A DNA stretch of 64,000 nucleotides from a virus. Under the pieces are notes generated by a model. It was not told where the DNA came from and searched no databases. It worked only from the letters and a program-made list of their open reading frames with translations. Shown in pieces: positions 36,439 to 46,396 of this stretch. Position 1 is the stretch's first letter, and each line of letters starts with the position of its first letter. A program made the translations under genes and the position numbers. The DNA is taken from the IMG/VR virus record IMGVR_UViG_3300025450_000013, one strand, 5' to 3'.

Positions 36439-39400
36439 CTAGAATTGTGTCAACGAAGCAAGAACTGTATAAGTTGCTGAACCTGTCTTTACTATGGTGT
36501 ATGTGTAAACATCTATACCATTAGAATTACCAGAACTAGGAGGGGATGCTCCTTGCCAGTAAGGAGTAACCGACGTACCATCAATTTGGAATCCTGTTTG
36601 ATAATATGCTATTGCACCTTGTGTGGCCATAAATGCTAATGTTACGGTACTTCCGATATTTACTGCTGCATTGTATGTTGAACCTAACCATCCAACATTT
36701 ATTGTCCAGTTAGCTGTAGAGTTTGCTGTGTAATAAATAATAGATCCTTGGTTTGGATTAAAACTTATAGTTCCTGTTGCACCAGAAGCAACGATCTTAG
36801 TAGTTTCCATTACACTGTTAGCAACCATATTAGGTATGGTAACAGTTCCTGAGAATGTGGCACCGCTTAGTGGTGCATAACCACTTGAGGATGTATTGGC
36901 AGAATAACCAGAAGGAGATGCCTGAACCCATTGGGATCCGTTTGTATCGGTATAGTAGATAAACAAAATTCCTGTATTACTATCCCACCACATATTACCA
37001 ACACTAGGTGAAGAAGGTGGTGTAGAACCAACATTGACAGAAGAACCTGAACCTGTGGATATAACATTTCCATTTATAAGAATGTTAGCAGCATTAATGG
37101 TACCATTAACGTCTAGTTTATAACCAGCAGTTGTTCTACCAATAGCAACGTTACCAGGAATATATAAATCGCCTGCAAGAGAAACACCAGAGGTATTCTG
37201 TAATGCGGTGTTTGCCACACCAAAGGCCGCATTAATAACACCAAAGGCACTATTAACTGCCGTATAAGTTGTATTGGTAAGACCAAAAGCAGCAATAGTG
37301 TTGGTTGATACACCATTAGCAAAACCAAAAGCGGCAGCACCATTAGTTGAAGTATAAGCATTATTTGCCACACCAAAGGCCGCATTAATAACACCAAAGG
37401 CACTATTAACTGCCGTATAAGTTGTATTGGTAAGACCAAAGGCCGCAGCACCATTTGCTATAGTATAAAATGTAGCATTGGCATAATTGTTTGCATTAGT
37501 ACCTACAGTATTAGCATATACGTTTGACCAGTTATTGGCACCAATACCAGCATTTACAACGTCTGTATTGGATGCAATATAGGTTGTAATAGGTGCTGCA
37601 TCATTAGAGGTAAATGACCAAGCATTTGCAGACTCAATCCATAGAATTGCCGCATTAGAGTTTCTTGCACCCCTATTAATTTCTATACCAGCATTTTCTA
37701 CAGGAACAACACTACTAGGAATATCGGCATTTAGAGTAATCATATTATCGCCGATATACAAGTTACTTGTATTCAGGGATGTAGAAAGTCCTGAAATGGT
37801 AAGGTTACCTTGAACGACAAGATCCCCTGTAATGGTATCACCGGCCTTCTTTACATAGGTAGAACCAGCATATGTATTAGCATTGTTGGCAACTGTACCT
37901 GCTTGGTTAGCAGCACCAAATGCGGCATTTGCAATTGTACCTGCTCCGTTTGCCATAACACCGGCATAATTATTTGCTGATGTGGCAATTGTGTTGGCGT
38001 ATGTATTAGCATTAACACCAACGGTATTAGAGTAAACATTAGACCAGTTATTTGTTGAAGCAAACGATGGAACAACATTTACGCCATTGACAACCAATGC
38101 GTTTGCTATATTAGCAGTACCAGCAACATCCAACTTATACTGTGGATTTGTTGTACCGATACCAACATTGGCACCACCAACAGAATCCTGAATACGCATA
38201 GCTTCGTTTGATGCTAAAGTTCCACGAACGAAGAATGAAACATATTTGTTTGTTACTGATGTATTGGCAGTACCAATTGAGAGAGCACCATCAGATGTAT
38301 AAACATATCCGTCATCTGCACCGTTGATTGTCCAACCTGCCTGATTATATCCGGAACTATTGATACCAACGTCAATAAAGTTTGTAGTATCTGTACCGTT
38401 ATCGGCAGTTGCAACCAAGTCAGATGAAGAACCAACACCGTTTGTTGCGTTGCGGATATTCAACTGAGTTGTAAAGTTTGATGTACCTTCAGCATCAAAG
38501 ATAGCACCGGCAAGTGTGGTTGATGTGGCACTACCTGTAATAATTTGAACTGGATATGCAGGATTTGCTGTACCAAGACCAATGTAACCAGATGGTGTCA
38601 AAGACATAAGAATGTTTGTACCAACACCACCAGCAAAGAATTGTAGGCCATCGGATGTACCGACACTGATACGACCATTGCCTGTTACATAATCAACAAC
38701 AATACCATCTGTAAATGAACCGGTGAAATTATTTCCTGAATATAGACCGTTATTAGCAGTAATATAACCAGTATGAATTAGATTTCCGTTAAATACAGTG
38801 CCACTGGTATTTGATAATTTTGTTGATGCATAACCATTGGCACTATTGGCCATAACACCTGCATAGTTATTAGCTGCTGCTACTGAATTATTGACATATG
38901 GATAATCCATACCAGGGCTTACAGCAACATTTGCAGCGGAAGTCAAACGACCATAGGCATCAACAGTAATTACTGGAATTGATGTAGAACCACCATATGT
39001 AGCTGCTGTAACACCAGTAGAAATTAGATTGATTGTAGGTGTTGTACCACCAGAGCTAAAGATTTGTCCTGATGTACCAGTAACGGATGCTACTTTGGTT
39101 GCAGCAACGGCATTTGCAGCATTGGCCATTGCACCAGCATAACCATTAGCACTATTAGCCATAGCACCAGCATAATTGTTTGCAGATGTGACACCTACTT
39201 GTGCAATATCGTTGGCCGCAGCACCAACTGATACTGCATATCCATTAGAGGAGTTAGCCATAACACCAGCATAGTTGTTTGCTGCTACGGCAATTGTGTT
39301 AGCATATGAATTAGCATATACCGCAACCTGATTGGCCAAAGAGTTGGAACTATTGGCCATAGAACCGGCAAAGTTATTAGCAGATCCGGCAGATGTTGCT

Positions 39401-42036
39401 GTATAACCATTGGCAGCATTTGCCATTGCACCAGCATAATTATTGGCTGATGTTGTGGATGCATTTGTATAGTTATTTGCAGCAATTGCTATTGTATTAG
39501 AATATCCGTTAGCAGCAATGGTAGCAAAGTTTACGTAAGCATTTCCTGCCGTACCAACAAAGTTAGCATATGCATTGCCTGAAGCACCAATTGTTATAGC
39601 ATAAGCATTTGCTGATGTGGTTGACAGGTTGACATAAGCATTTCCAGAAATACCTACGGTATTACTATAGGCATTAGATGCTGCTAAACCAACATTGGCA
39701 TTATTGTATGCTGCATTAGCAACACCAAAGGCCGCATTGGTAACATTAAATGCTACGTTATCTTGAGCACCTAAAGCATTAGCACCACCAAATACGGTAT
39801 TTACAAGGTTAAATGCCGCAACTCCGATATTGGCTTGTAAAGTTCCATATTCGGACGCTGTTAGATGGAAGAACTCTGTGTTTGGTAACCCACCTTGAAT
39901 ACCAGCCAAAGAGTTATGCGCAGGATTGGTAGGAACACTGGCAGATGGTGCAGTTGTAATGTTTAGCGCACGAGGAGCAACGGCAAGTTGTGCTTTACCG
40001 GATGTGTTAAATGAGTTTTTTGCGAACCATGTAAATTGGTATGCAAAGACATACTCAACACCTTGTAGTGATGACCAATCCCATGTTGTAATGTCTTCCA
40101 ACTGTGCCGCAGAAGATGAACCAAATTCACCTCTACCATTGACGAATATAAAACGACCGGCACCTTGATAGGTTGTAAATAACAAATAAGAGTTATAATA
40201 ATTATTATTTTTTCCTGCTGTCAGTGTACCATTATTATCCCACTGGATGATACCACCATCGTGATAATAAGGCATATCGGAAAAACCCCAGGTCCATACA
40301 TCAGGACCTGAAGATAATCTATAATATGTGATATAGTTATTACTTGCAACACCTGTAACGTTCAATGCTGATTGAGTTTTTGTTAAGGACTCTTCTTGTA
40401 ATATGGTGGTACTAACACTAATAAGATTATTAGCATTTGATGTACCACCTACAGTATATCCGCTTAATGCACCTACAGTTGTTGCTCTTGTACCAAGAAC
40501 AGTATGTAAATAATAATCTAATGTTGTTGTTGAAGAAGATAAGAACCTTTTATCATCCAAATGGAACATTGGGCTAGTATAAGAATTATATTGAATGAAG
40601 GCAACTGGAACAGTGGTTGGGTCATTCATATTCCATGCTGTTGTAGAAACTGTTAGTGTGCCATTTGTATCGTTATTAATACTAACCCAATAATTACCAT
40701 TAGCGGCAGGTGCTGATATCGCAAGATTTGCAGTTCTGGCACCATAACAAACATATCGCTGGCCATTCATATAGTAAGCCCAACCATTGTTTGTATTAGC
40801 AAGAGTGAATGTATTGTTTTGATATCCACCAAGTGAAATGGATGTATCACTTTGCCTTACAAAACCACGCATCTGGAGATCGTATGTGGTATTGGCAGAG
40901 GTTGATGCTGCTACGTTTGAGATTCCGTATACGGTATTGACAATACCAAATACAGCGTTTGTTAGTGTATAGTTAGCATTTCCTGAAACATAACCAGCAT
41001 TAGCAACACCAAATGCAGCATTAGAAACTTGATAAGCACCTATAGTAGCATAAGATGCCTCAGTATAAGCATTGACCGCATTTGCCATTGCACCAGCATA
41101 GTTATTAGCTGCCGATGTGGAAACATTTACATAGGCATTACCTGAAACACCAACGGTATTAGCCCAGGTATTAGATGCTGAGGTTGATAAGTTGACATAA
41201 GCATTTACTGCCGCAACCGCAACGTTTGTATAGTTATTGGATGCTATTGCTACTGTATTGGCATAGGCATTGGCATTTACTCCAATTGATCCGGAATAAG
41301 CATTAGCAGCAGCACCTACAAAGTTAGCATAAGCATTACCGGAGATACCAATGGTATAAGCATAACCATTGGAACTATTTGCCATGATTCCAGCATAGTT
41401 ATTACCTGATGCACCAACTGATACTGCATAACCATTGGAAGCATTTGCCATAGCACCGGCATAATTATTAGCACTTTGAGTTGCTGTATTTACATAAACA
41501 TTACCTGAGGCACCAACTGTATTTGCCCAGTTGTTAGCAGCAACAGAGATAGCATTAGCATTACCGTAGGCAGCATTGGCAACAATAAAAGCAGCATTAG
41601 CAATTCCACCAACTGTGTTGGCATAACCACCAACTGTATTTGTTGACCCAAAAGATGCATTAATAACACCAAATGCACTATTAACTGCGGCATAAGTCGT
41701 ATTGGTTAAACCAAATGCTACATTGGTAGTATCATATGACGAATTAGCAACTGTGTATGCCGCATTAGCCTTATTAAATGCAGGAGAAAGATCCGGTGTC
41801 AAAGATGCTGCATAAGCATTAGCACTATTAGCCATAGCACCTGCATAGTTATTTGCAGCATTTGTAGATGTGTATGTATAAGCATTAGAGGAATTTGCCA
41901 TATAACCAGCATAGTTATTGGCAGAAATGATTGATGCTAGAACGTTTTGCCCGGCAACCAACAGTGTTGGATTTGTGATGTTTGCATTAGCAGTGACAAC
42001 TAGCCCATTGCGGACTACAAATTCTTTGTTTGACAC
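36439..42036 (-). CDS. Long Ala/Asn-rich tail fibre
   Basis: 1865 aa; ANNYAGAMAN coiled-coil-like repeats, YGG...IPVITVDAYGRLTSA, NVGIGTT motifs, AGIEINRG. Confidence 0.85.
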   Translation of the reverse strand: MSNKEFVVRNGLVVTANANITNPTLLVAGQNVLASIISANNYAGYMANSSNAYTYTSTNAANNYAGAMANSANAYAASLTPDLSPAFNKANAAYTVANSSYDTTNVAFGLTNTTYAAVNSAFGVINASFGSTNTVGGYANTVGGIANAAFIVANAAYGNANAISVAANNWANTVGASGNVYVNTATQSANNYAGAMANASNGYAVSVGASGNNYAGIMANSSNGYAYTIGISGNAYANFVGAAANAYSGSIGVNANAYANTVAIASNNYTNVAVAAVNAYVNLSTSASNTWANTVGVSGNAYVNVSTSAANNYAGAMANAVNAYTEASYATIGAYQVSNAAFGVANAGYVSGNANYTLTNAVFGIVNTVYGISNVAASTSANTTYDLQMRGFVRQSDTSISLGGYQNNTFTLANTNNGWAYYMNGQRYVCYGARTANLAISAPAANGNYWVSINNDTNGTLTVSTTAWNMNDPTTVPVAFIQYNSYTSPMFHLDDKRFLSSSTTTLDYYLHTVLGTRATTVGALSGYTVGGTSNANNLISVSTTILQEESLTKTQSALNVTGVASNNYITYYRLSSGPDVWTWGFSDMPYYHDGGIIQWDNNGTLTAGKNNNYYNSYLLFTTYQGAGRFIFVNGRGEFGSSSAAQLEDITTWDWSSLQGVEYVFAYQFTWFAKNSFNTSGKAQLAVAPRALNITTAPSASVPTNPAHNSLAGIQGGLPNTEFFHLTASEYGTLQANIGVAAFNLVNTVFGGANALGAQDNVAFNVTNAAFGVANAAYNNANVGLAASNAYSNTVGISGNAYVNLSTTSANAYAITIGASGNAYANFVGTAGNAYVNFATIAANGYSNTIAIAANNYTNASTTSANNYAGAMANAANGYTATSAGSANNFAGSMANSSNSLANQVAVYANSYANTIAVAANNYAGVMANSSNGYAVSVGAAANDIAQVGVTSANNYAGAMANSANGYAGAMANAANAVAATKVASVTGTSGQIFSSGGTTPTINLISTGVTAATYGGSTSIPVITVDAYGRLTSAANVAVSPGMDYPYVNNSVAAANNYAGVMANSANGYASTKLSNTSGTVFNGNLIHTGYITANNGLYSGNNFTGSFTDGIVVDYVTGNGRISVGTSDGLQFFAGGVGTNILMSLTPSGYIGLGTANPAYPVQIITGSATSTTLAGAIFDAEGTSNFTTQLNIRNATNGVGSSSDLVATADNGTDTTNFIDVGINSSGYNQAGWTINGADDGYVYTSDGALSIGTANTSVTNKYVSFFVRGTLASNEAMRIQDSVGGANVGIGTTNPQYKLDVAGTANIANALVVNGVNVVPSFASTNNWSNVYSNTVGVNANTYANTIATSANNYAGVMANGAGTIANAAFGAANQAGTVANNANTYAGSTYVKKAGDTITGDLVVQGNLTISGLSTSLNTSNLYIGDNMITLNADIPSSVVPVENAGIEINRGARNSNAAILWIESANAWSFTSNDAAPITTYIASNTDVVNAGIGANNWSNVYANTVGTNANNYANATFYTIANGAAAFGLTNTTYTAVNSAFGVINAAFGVANNAYTSTNGAAAFGFANGVSTNTIAAFGLTNTTYTAVNSAFGVINAAFGVANTALQNTSGVSLAGDLYIPGNVAIGRTTAGYKLDVNGTINAANILINGNVISTGSGSSVNVGSTPPSSPSVGNMWWDSNTGILFIYYTDTNGSQWVQASPSGYSANTSSSGYAPLSGATFSGTVTIPNMVANSVMETTKIVASGATGTISFNPNQGSIIYYTANSTANWTINVGWLGSTYNAAVNIGSTVTLAFMATQGAIAYYQTGFQIDGTSVTPYWQGASPPSSGNSNGIDVYTYTIVKTGSATYTVLASLTQF
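37204..37329. repeat. 126-bp exact dispersed repeat, copy 2 (partial third copy 37364-37440)
   Basis: Identical to 15630-15755. Confidence 0.9.
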
Positions 42037-42069
42037 TTGGTTCCCTTTCCCCTAAATGTCTATTTGATC

Positions 42070-42077
42070 TATTTATA
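42070..42077 (-). promoter_or_regulatory. T4-type late promoter TATAAATA
   Basis: Exact consensus in the gap before 42036. Confidence 0.75.
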
Positions 42078-42097
42078 TAATTTTTATTTTTAATACC

Positions 42098-44023
42098 TTA
42101 ATCATCAAGTGTTGTTCTTAATACTCTAATTGTAGAAGAAGCATACTTAGGAACAACATTTAATCTAACTTCACCTAAAGTAACAGATGCACTAAATGTA
42201 GCAAGAATGTTGGAAGTATATAACAATCCATATTCTGTAATAAATGTATCTGTGCTATTATGAATTAGAGAAATCTGTGTGGTTTCCCATTCAACACCAG
42301 CGTCAATTGTAATAGTATAATGAGCCGAACGATATGAAGTTGTTTGGAAATGGTCTAGAATTTGGTCATTATTTGAAGATGTTGTTAATGTAAAGTTTGT
42401 AAGTTTGGAAGATCCTACTGTTACACTTCCTGTAATTATCAGGTCACCATTAAATACACTACCAGAATTATTTGCAAGAGCATTGTTAGCAGTTGTAAAT
42501 GCCGTGTTGATAACACCAAATGCTGAATTAACAGCGGTATAGGTTGCATTTGTCAGATTATATGAAGTATTGGAATTATCAAATGCTGCATTAGCAATTG
42601 TCATAGAGGTGTTTACATAACCATATACGGTATTTGATAAATATCCAGCATAGTTATTTGCGGAAGATGTGGATAAATTTGTATATGAATTACCTGATGT
42701 TCCAATTAAATTGGCATATACATTACCTGAAATACCTACTGTAGTAGCATAACCATTAGCACTATTGGCCATCTGACCTGAATAGTTATTGGAAGATTCA
42801 ATGTCTGTATTAGAAGCTATGTATAATTCTTTAGAACCATCATTAGTAAAAGCCCACTTAGTTGCTGATTCATCCCAAACAAGATATGTATTAGAACTTG
42901 TGCCTCTATTAATTGATAAACCACTATTTACACCGAGTGGTGCTGAACCTGATGGTAGTTCAGCATTTAAGACAATAGTGTTATCACCTACTAAAAGTTT
43001 CTGAACATTGGCATAAAGAGTGGTACCTTTGACGGTAAGATTACCAGATACAGAAACATCACCTGTAACTGTTCCACCCGCATAAGGAAAATATGTTGCA
43101 GATGCATAGGCATTAGCAGAATTGACCATTGCACCGGAATGGTTATTAGATGAGGCGGTGGATAGGTCCGTATAAGAATTACCAGAGGTACCAATTAGAT
43201 TAGCATAAGCATTGCCCGAGGCACCAACGGTATTGGCCCAAGTGTTTGCATTTACACCTACCGTATTTGCAAACGTTCTAGCATAAGAATTGGAACTATT
43301 TGCCATCTGGCCGGAATAGTTATTAGCAGCATTTGTGGATGTATCTGTATAACTATTAGCAGATGTTCCTACAAGATTTGCATAAGCATTACCGGCAGCA
43401 CCAACTGAAACTGTATATCCATTAGCACCTATACCAGTATTGTATGCTAGAGAATTTGCAGAGTTTGCTTTATCAAATGCTGCATTAGCAGTATTAAATG
43501 CAGGAGCAACCTGAGGAGCAACATTATTGGCAGATTCAAAGGCAGCATTAGCAACATCATAAACAGAATTAGCAGCAAAATAAGCAGCAGCAGCAATGTC
43601 AAATGCTGCATTTGCTCCATCTAAAGCAAGGTTTGCTCTATTACTAATGTCTGTAAAATTTAATCCACCTGAAAGAGTATTAGCATAGTCAAACGCGACA
43701 TTGGCAATGTCAAATGCTGGTTTTAGATTAGCACTAATAGTTATGATGTCGTTGATAATATCGGAAGTAATACCAATATTTTGACCTGGAACTATAGAAA
43801 GAACTGAACTATTACTTAGTGCTGTAATAAGAGAGTTATTGGCATTAATAGTAGCAAAACTATAAACATTACCAGAACCAGAAAAACTTACAATTTGTCC
43901 TGTAACGTTTTTATAATAAAATTTACCATCAGCATAGTTAAGAGCAATCTCACCATTGGACAGGCTATTTGGTATATGAGACGGTACGCCGGAACTTTTA
44001 AGTTGAATTACTGTGTTTGACAT
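42098..44023 (-). CDS. Tail fibre-like virion protein
   Basis: IQLKSS...P..L..GEIALNYADGK (Mtd_N-like) start, AF..AN repeats, YRSA.Y...TEYG C-terminal domain. Confidence 0.75.
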   Translation of the reverse strand: MSNTVIQLKSSGVPSHIPNSLSNGEIALNYADGKFYYKNVTGQIVSFSGSGNVYSFATINANNSLITALSNSSVLSIVPGQNIGITSDIINDIITISANLKPAFDIANVAFDYANTLSGGLNFTDISNRANLALDGANAAFDIAAAAYFAANSVYDVANAAFESANNVAPQVAPAFNTANAAFDKANSANSLAYNTGIGANGYTVSVGAAGNAYANLVGTSANSYTDTSTNAANNYSGQMANSSNSYARTFANTVGVNANTWANTVGASGNAYANLIGTSGNSYTDLSTASSNNHSGAMVNSANAYASATYFPYAGGTVTGDVSVSGNLTVKGTTLYANVQKLLVGDNTIVLNAELPSGSAPLGVNSGLSINRGTSSNTYLVWDESATKWAFTNDGSKELYIASNTDIESSNNYSGQMANSANGYATTVGISGNVYANLIGTSGNSYTNLSTSSANNYAGYLSNTVYGYVNTSMTIANAAFDNSNTSYNLTNATYTAVNSAFGVINTAFTTANNALANNSGSVFNGDLIITGSVTVGSSKLTNFTLTTSSNNDQILDHFQTTSYRSAHYTITIDAGVEWETTQISLIHNSTDTFITEYGLLYTSNILATFSASVTLGEVRLNVVPKYASSTIRVLRTTLDD

Positions 44024-44676
44024 TAAAAATCGTCAGCTTTCTCTTCCGGTTCTACAGATGAAACAATGTTTTTGGTATTTATACTTTTTTTAGGAAAAGA
44101 TTGAGACGATTTTTTAACATTTTGATTTTCAAGTATTTCTATTTGTTTTTCTTTTTCATCAAGTAATTTTTTCAGTTCATCTAATTCAGTAGATAAGTTT
44201 TGTAAACTATCATATTTTTCTTTTAAAGAATTAAATTCATTATTTTTATCAATAAGTTGCTTTTTTACATCATTGAATTGATTAGTCAAAGTATCTAAAA
44301 CTGATACTTTATTTTTCAATGCATTACATTCATCTTCCCATCTTTTGGCATCTTTACGAGCATTATTTATTTGCTCATTGTCAATTGTTTTAGTTTTTTG
44401 CAGTTCTGTGCGAGTATTACTTAATTTTCCTTCCAAATCGGAACGAGTAAAGTCCAACTTTGATTGTAGGTCGGACTTACTCATTTCCAATTCGGATTTA
44501 ACTTTATTCAACTCTTCTTGGAGTTTTATTACTTCTTCAACTTTTGCTTTTGCTATATCATTTGATAATTTTGTCTGCGTTTTTAATTGTAGAATGGTAC
44601 TTATATTTTCATGTAACATTCCAATCGCATTTTCAATATAAGAATTAACAAAAGCACTTGAATCCGACATAACCAA
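44023..44676 (-). CDS. Coiled-coil hypothetical protein
   Basis: K/E/L-rich heptads. Confidence 0.65.
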   Translation of the reverse strand: MVMSDSSAFVNSYIENAIGMLHENISTILQLKTQTKLSNDIAKAKVEEVIKLQEELNKVKSELEMSKSDLQSKLDFTRSDLEGKLSNTRTELQKTKTIDNEQINNARKDAKRWEDECNALKNKVSVLDTLTNQFNDVKKQLIDKNNEFNSLKEKYDSLQNLSTELDELKKLLDEKEKQIEILENQNVKKSSQSFPKKSINTKNIVSSVEPEEKADDF

Positions 44677-44699
44677 TCTCCAGTTTACGAGTTAAAAAA

Positions 44700-45830
44700 T
44701 TAGAAAGAACCTCCGTCTAGCATACCGAAGAATGGAACACCGAGTGTATCAGCCTGTAATACTTGACCTGATGTACCAGCAGCAGTTACGTTCAAAGGAC
44801 CTGTTGTATTACCGTATAGTATACCGTTTACGGTGAATGTACCTACTCCTGTACCGCCATAAGAAACTGCTAGTGTTCCTGTATTAATGTAGGATGCATT
44901 AGCAGCATTTGTATTTGCAGCTGATCCTACTCCATCGGCATAAACATTAGCAGATACACCAACTGCCGCAGCATAAACGTTAGCAGCAACGCCAACTGCT
45001 GATGCATAAGAATTACCGGCCTCAATGTCTGTATTAGAAGCAATGAATAGTTCAGTTAGACCGTCATTTGAAAAGGCCCATTTAGTAAATGATTCGTCCC
45101 AAACGAGATATGTATTGGTAGATGAACCACGGTTAACTTGGAAACCAGATTGCAACATATATGGTGCATCTGTGCTTGGTAACTCTGCATCCAAAATAAG
45201 AAGATTAGTGCCTACTTGAGCTGTTGTTGTATTAACATAAGTGGTTGTACCAGTTACATTAAGATTACCTGTAATAGCAATATCACTTGCAATCGTTTGT
45301 GTTTGTCCAGGTAAAGACAATTTTACAAATGTTGTATTTGCCCAAGTATTAGATGCGTTTGCATAACCATAAGCAGCATTTGCTACATCAAAGTTAGCAT
45401 TGGCCAGTGTATATGCTGCATTGGTAACGTCAAAATTAGCATTGGCAAGAGTGTATGCTGCATTGGTAACATCATAATTGGAATTTGCTAATCCATATGC
45501 CGCATTGGTAACATCAAAGTTAGCATTAGCAAGAGTGTATGCAGAATTAGTGGTATTAAATGTTACATTTAATAGGTCAAATATAAAAGCTGTATCAGAA
45601 GAAGTATTTGCTTGTGCATAAGCAGCATTAACTAAATCGTAAATACTGTTCTGTTGATCAATGAAAAACTGACCGCCAATGGCTATAACGCCATCGCCAG
45701 CTGCATTACCTATAAATAGTTTTTCAGAATTATAGGAATACGCAAGTTCCGCTGGATTTAGTGATCCATCTATTGGAACTGGTGTTGATGAAGATCGTTT
45801 GATCTGGATGATTGTATTACTTGCTGTCAT
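44700..45830 (-). CDS. Tail fibre-like virion protein
   Basis: IIQIKRSS...ELAYS..KLFIG start; AYTLANANFDVTNA repeats; GTLAVSYGGTG. Confidence 0.75.
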   Translation of the reverse strand: MTASNTIIQIKRSSSTPVPIDGSLNPAELAYSYNSEKLFIGNAAGDGVIAIGGQFFIDQQNSIYDLVNAAYAQANTSSDTAFIFDLLNVTFNTTNSAYTLANANFDVTNAAYGLANSNYDVTNAAYTLANANFDVTNAAYTLANANFDVANAAYGYANASNTWANTTFVKLSLPGQTQTIASDIAITGNLNVTGTTTYVNTTTAQVGTNLLILDAELPSTDAPYMLQSGFQVNRGSSTNTYLVWDESFTKWAFSNDGLTELFIASNTDIEAGNSYASAVGVAANVYAAAVGVSANVYADGVGSAANTNAANASYINTGTLAVSYGGTGVGTFTVNGILYGNTTGPLNVTAAGTSGQVLQADTLGVPFFGMLDGGSF

Positions 45831-45833
45831 ATC

Positions 45834-46043
45834 TTAAAATTCTCCTCCGTCTAAGATGGGCAATGTTTCTATTTTAAACTTTCCACTTTGCGCATCGTAA
45901 ACGACAGTTTCGTTATTTGCTATATGGCTAGCGTCAACATCTTTAAGTTGAACGAGTTCCTGCACTCCGCCAGCACCCACGCCATTAAAGGTATTTATCA
46001 AAATACGATTTTTAGGTGTGGTAGTTACTGTTATCTTAGCCAT
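45834..46043 (-). CDS. Small virion hypothetical protein
   Basis: L..LKDVD...VYDA.SGK; ends LDGGEF. Confidence 0.6.
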   Translation of the reverse strand: MAKITVTTTPKNRILINTFNGVGAGGVQELVQLKDVDASHIANNETVVYDAQSGKFKIETLPILDGGEF

Positions 46044-46053
46044 GTTCGTTTAC

Positions 46054-46395
46054 CTATTGTGTTATTGATGGTGTTACAAACATAAGACCTTCAATAAGTC
46101 TGGATCTTAATCCAGCAACAGTATCATTCACTTTAACATCAAAGAAATATGTTCCAGCCTCTATATTGGCCGTATTAGCAGCATCTAGTTCTACAAAGAT
46201 TTCACCAGAATTAGCATATGGAATAGTGCAAACCAAGGTAGCAGTTATATTTTGAGAAAGAATAGACTTCCTCATCGTGCTTGTTACAATATATCCAGTC
46301 AAATTTTGTGCTAAATTATTATCTTCACTATTAATTTGAATTGTGGTACTGAAATCGGTACCCTGATCCATATAGAGTTCTACGTATTCGGACAA
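46054..46395 (-). CDS. Small baseplate/fibre adaptor (BppU N-terminal-like)
   Basis: DQGTDF, NLTGY, MRKS, AG.Y..DV, R.IEG...VTP. Confidence 0.6.
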   Translation of the reverse strand: MSEYVELYMDQGTDFSTTIQINSEDNNLAQNLTGYIVTSTMRKSILSQNITATLVCTIPYANSGEIFVELDAANTANIEAGTYFFDVKVNDTVAGLRSRLIEGLMFVTPSITQ

Positions 46396-46396
46396 T

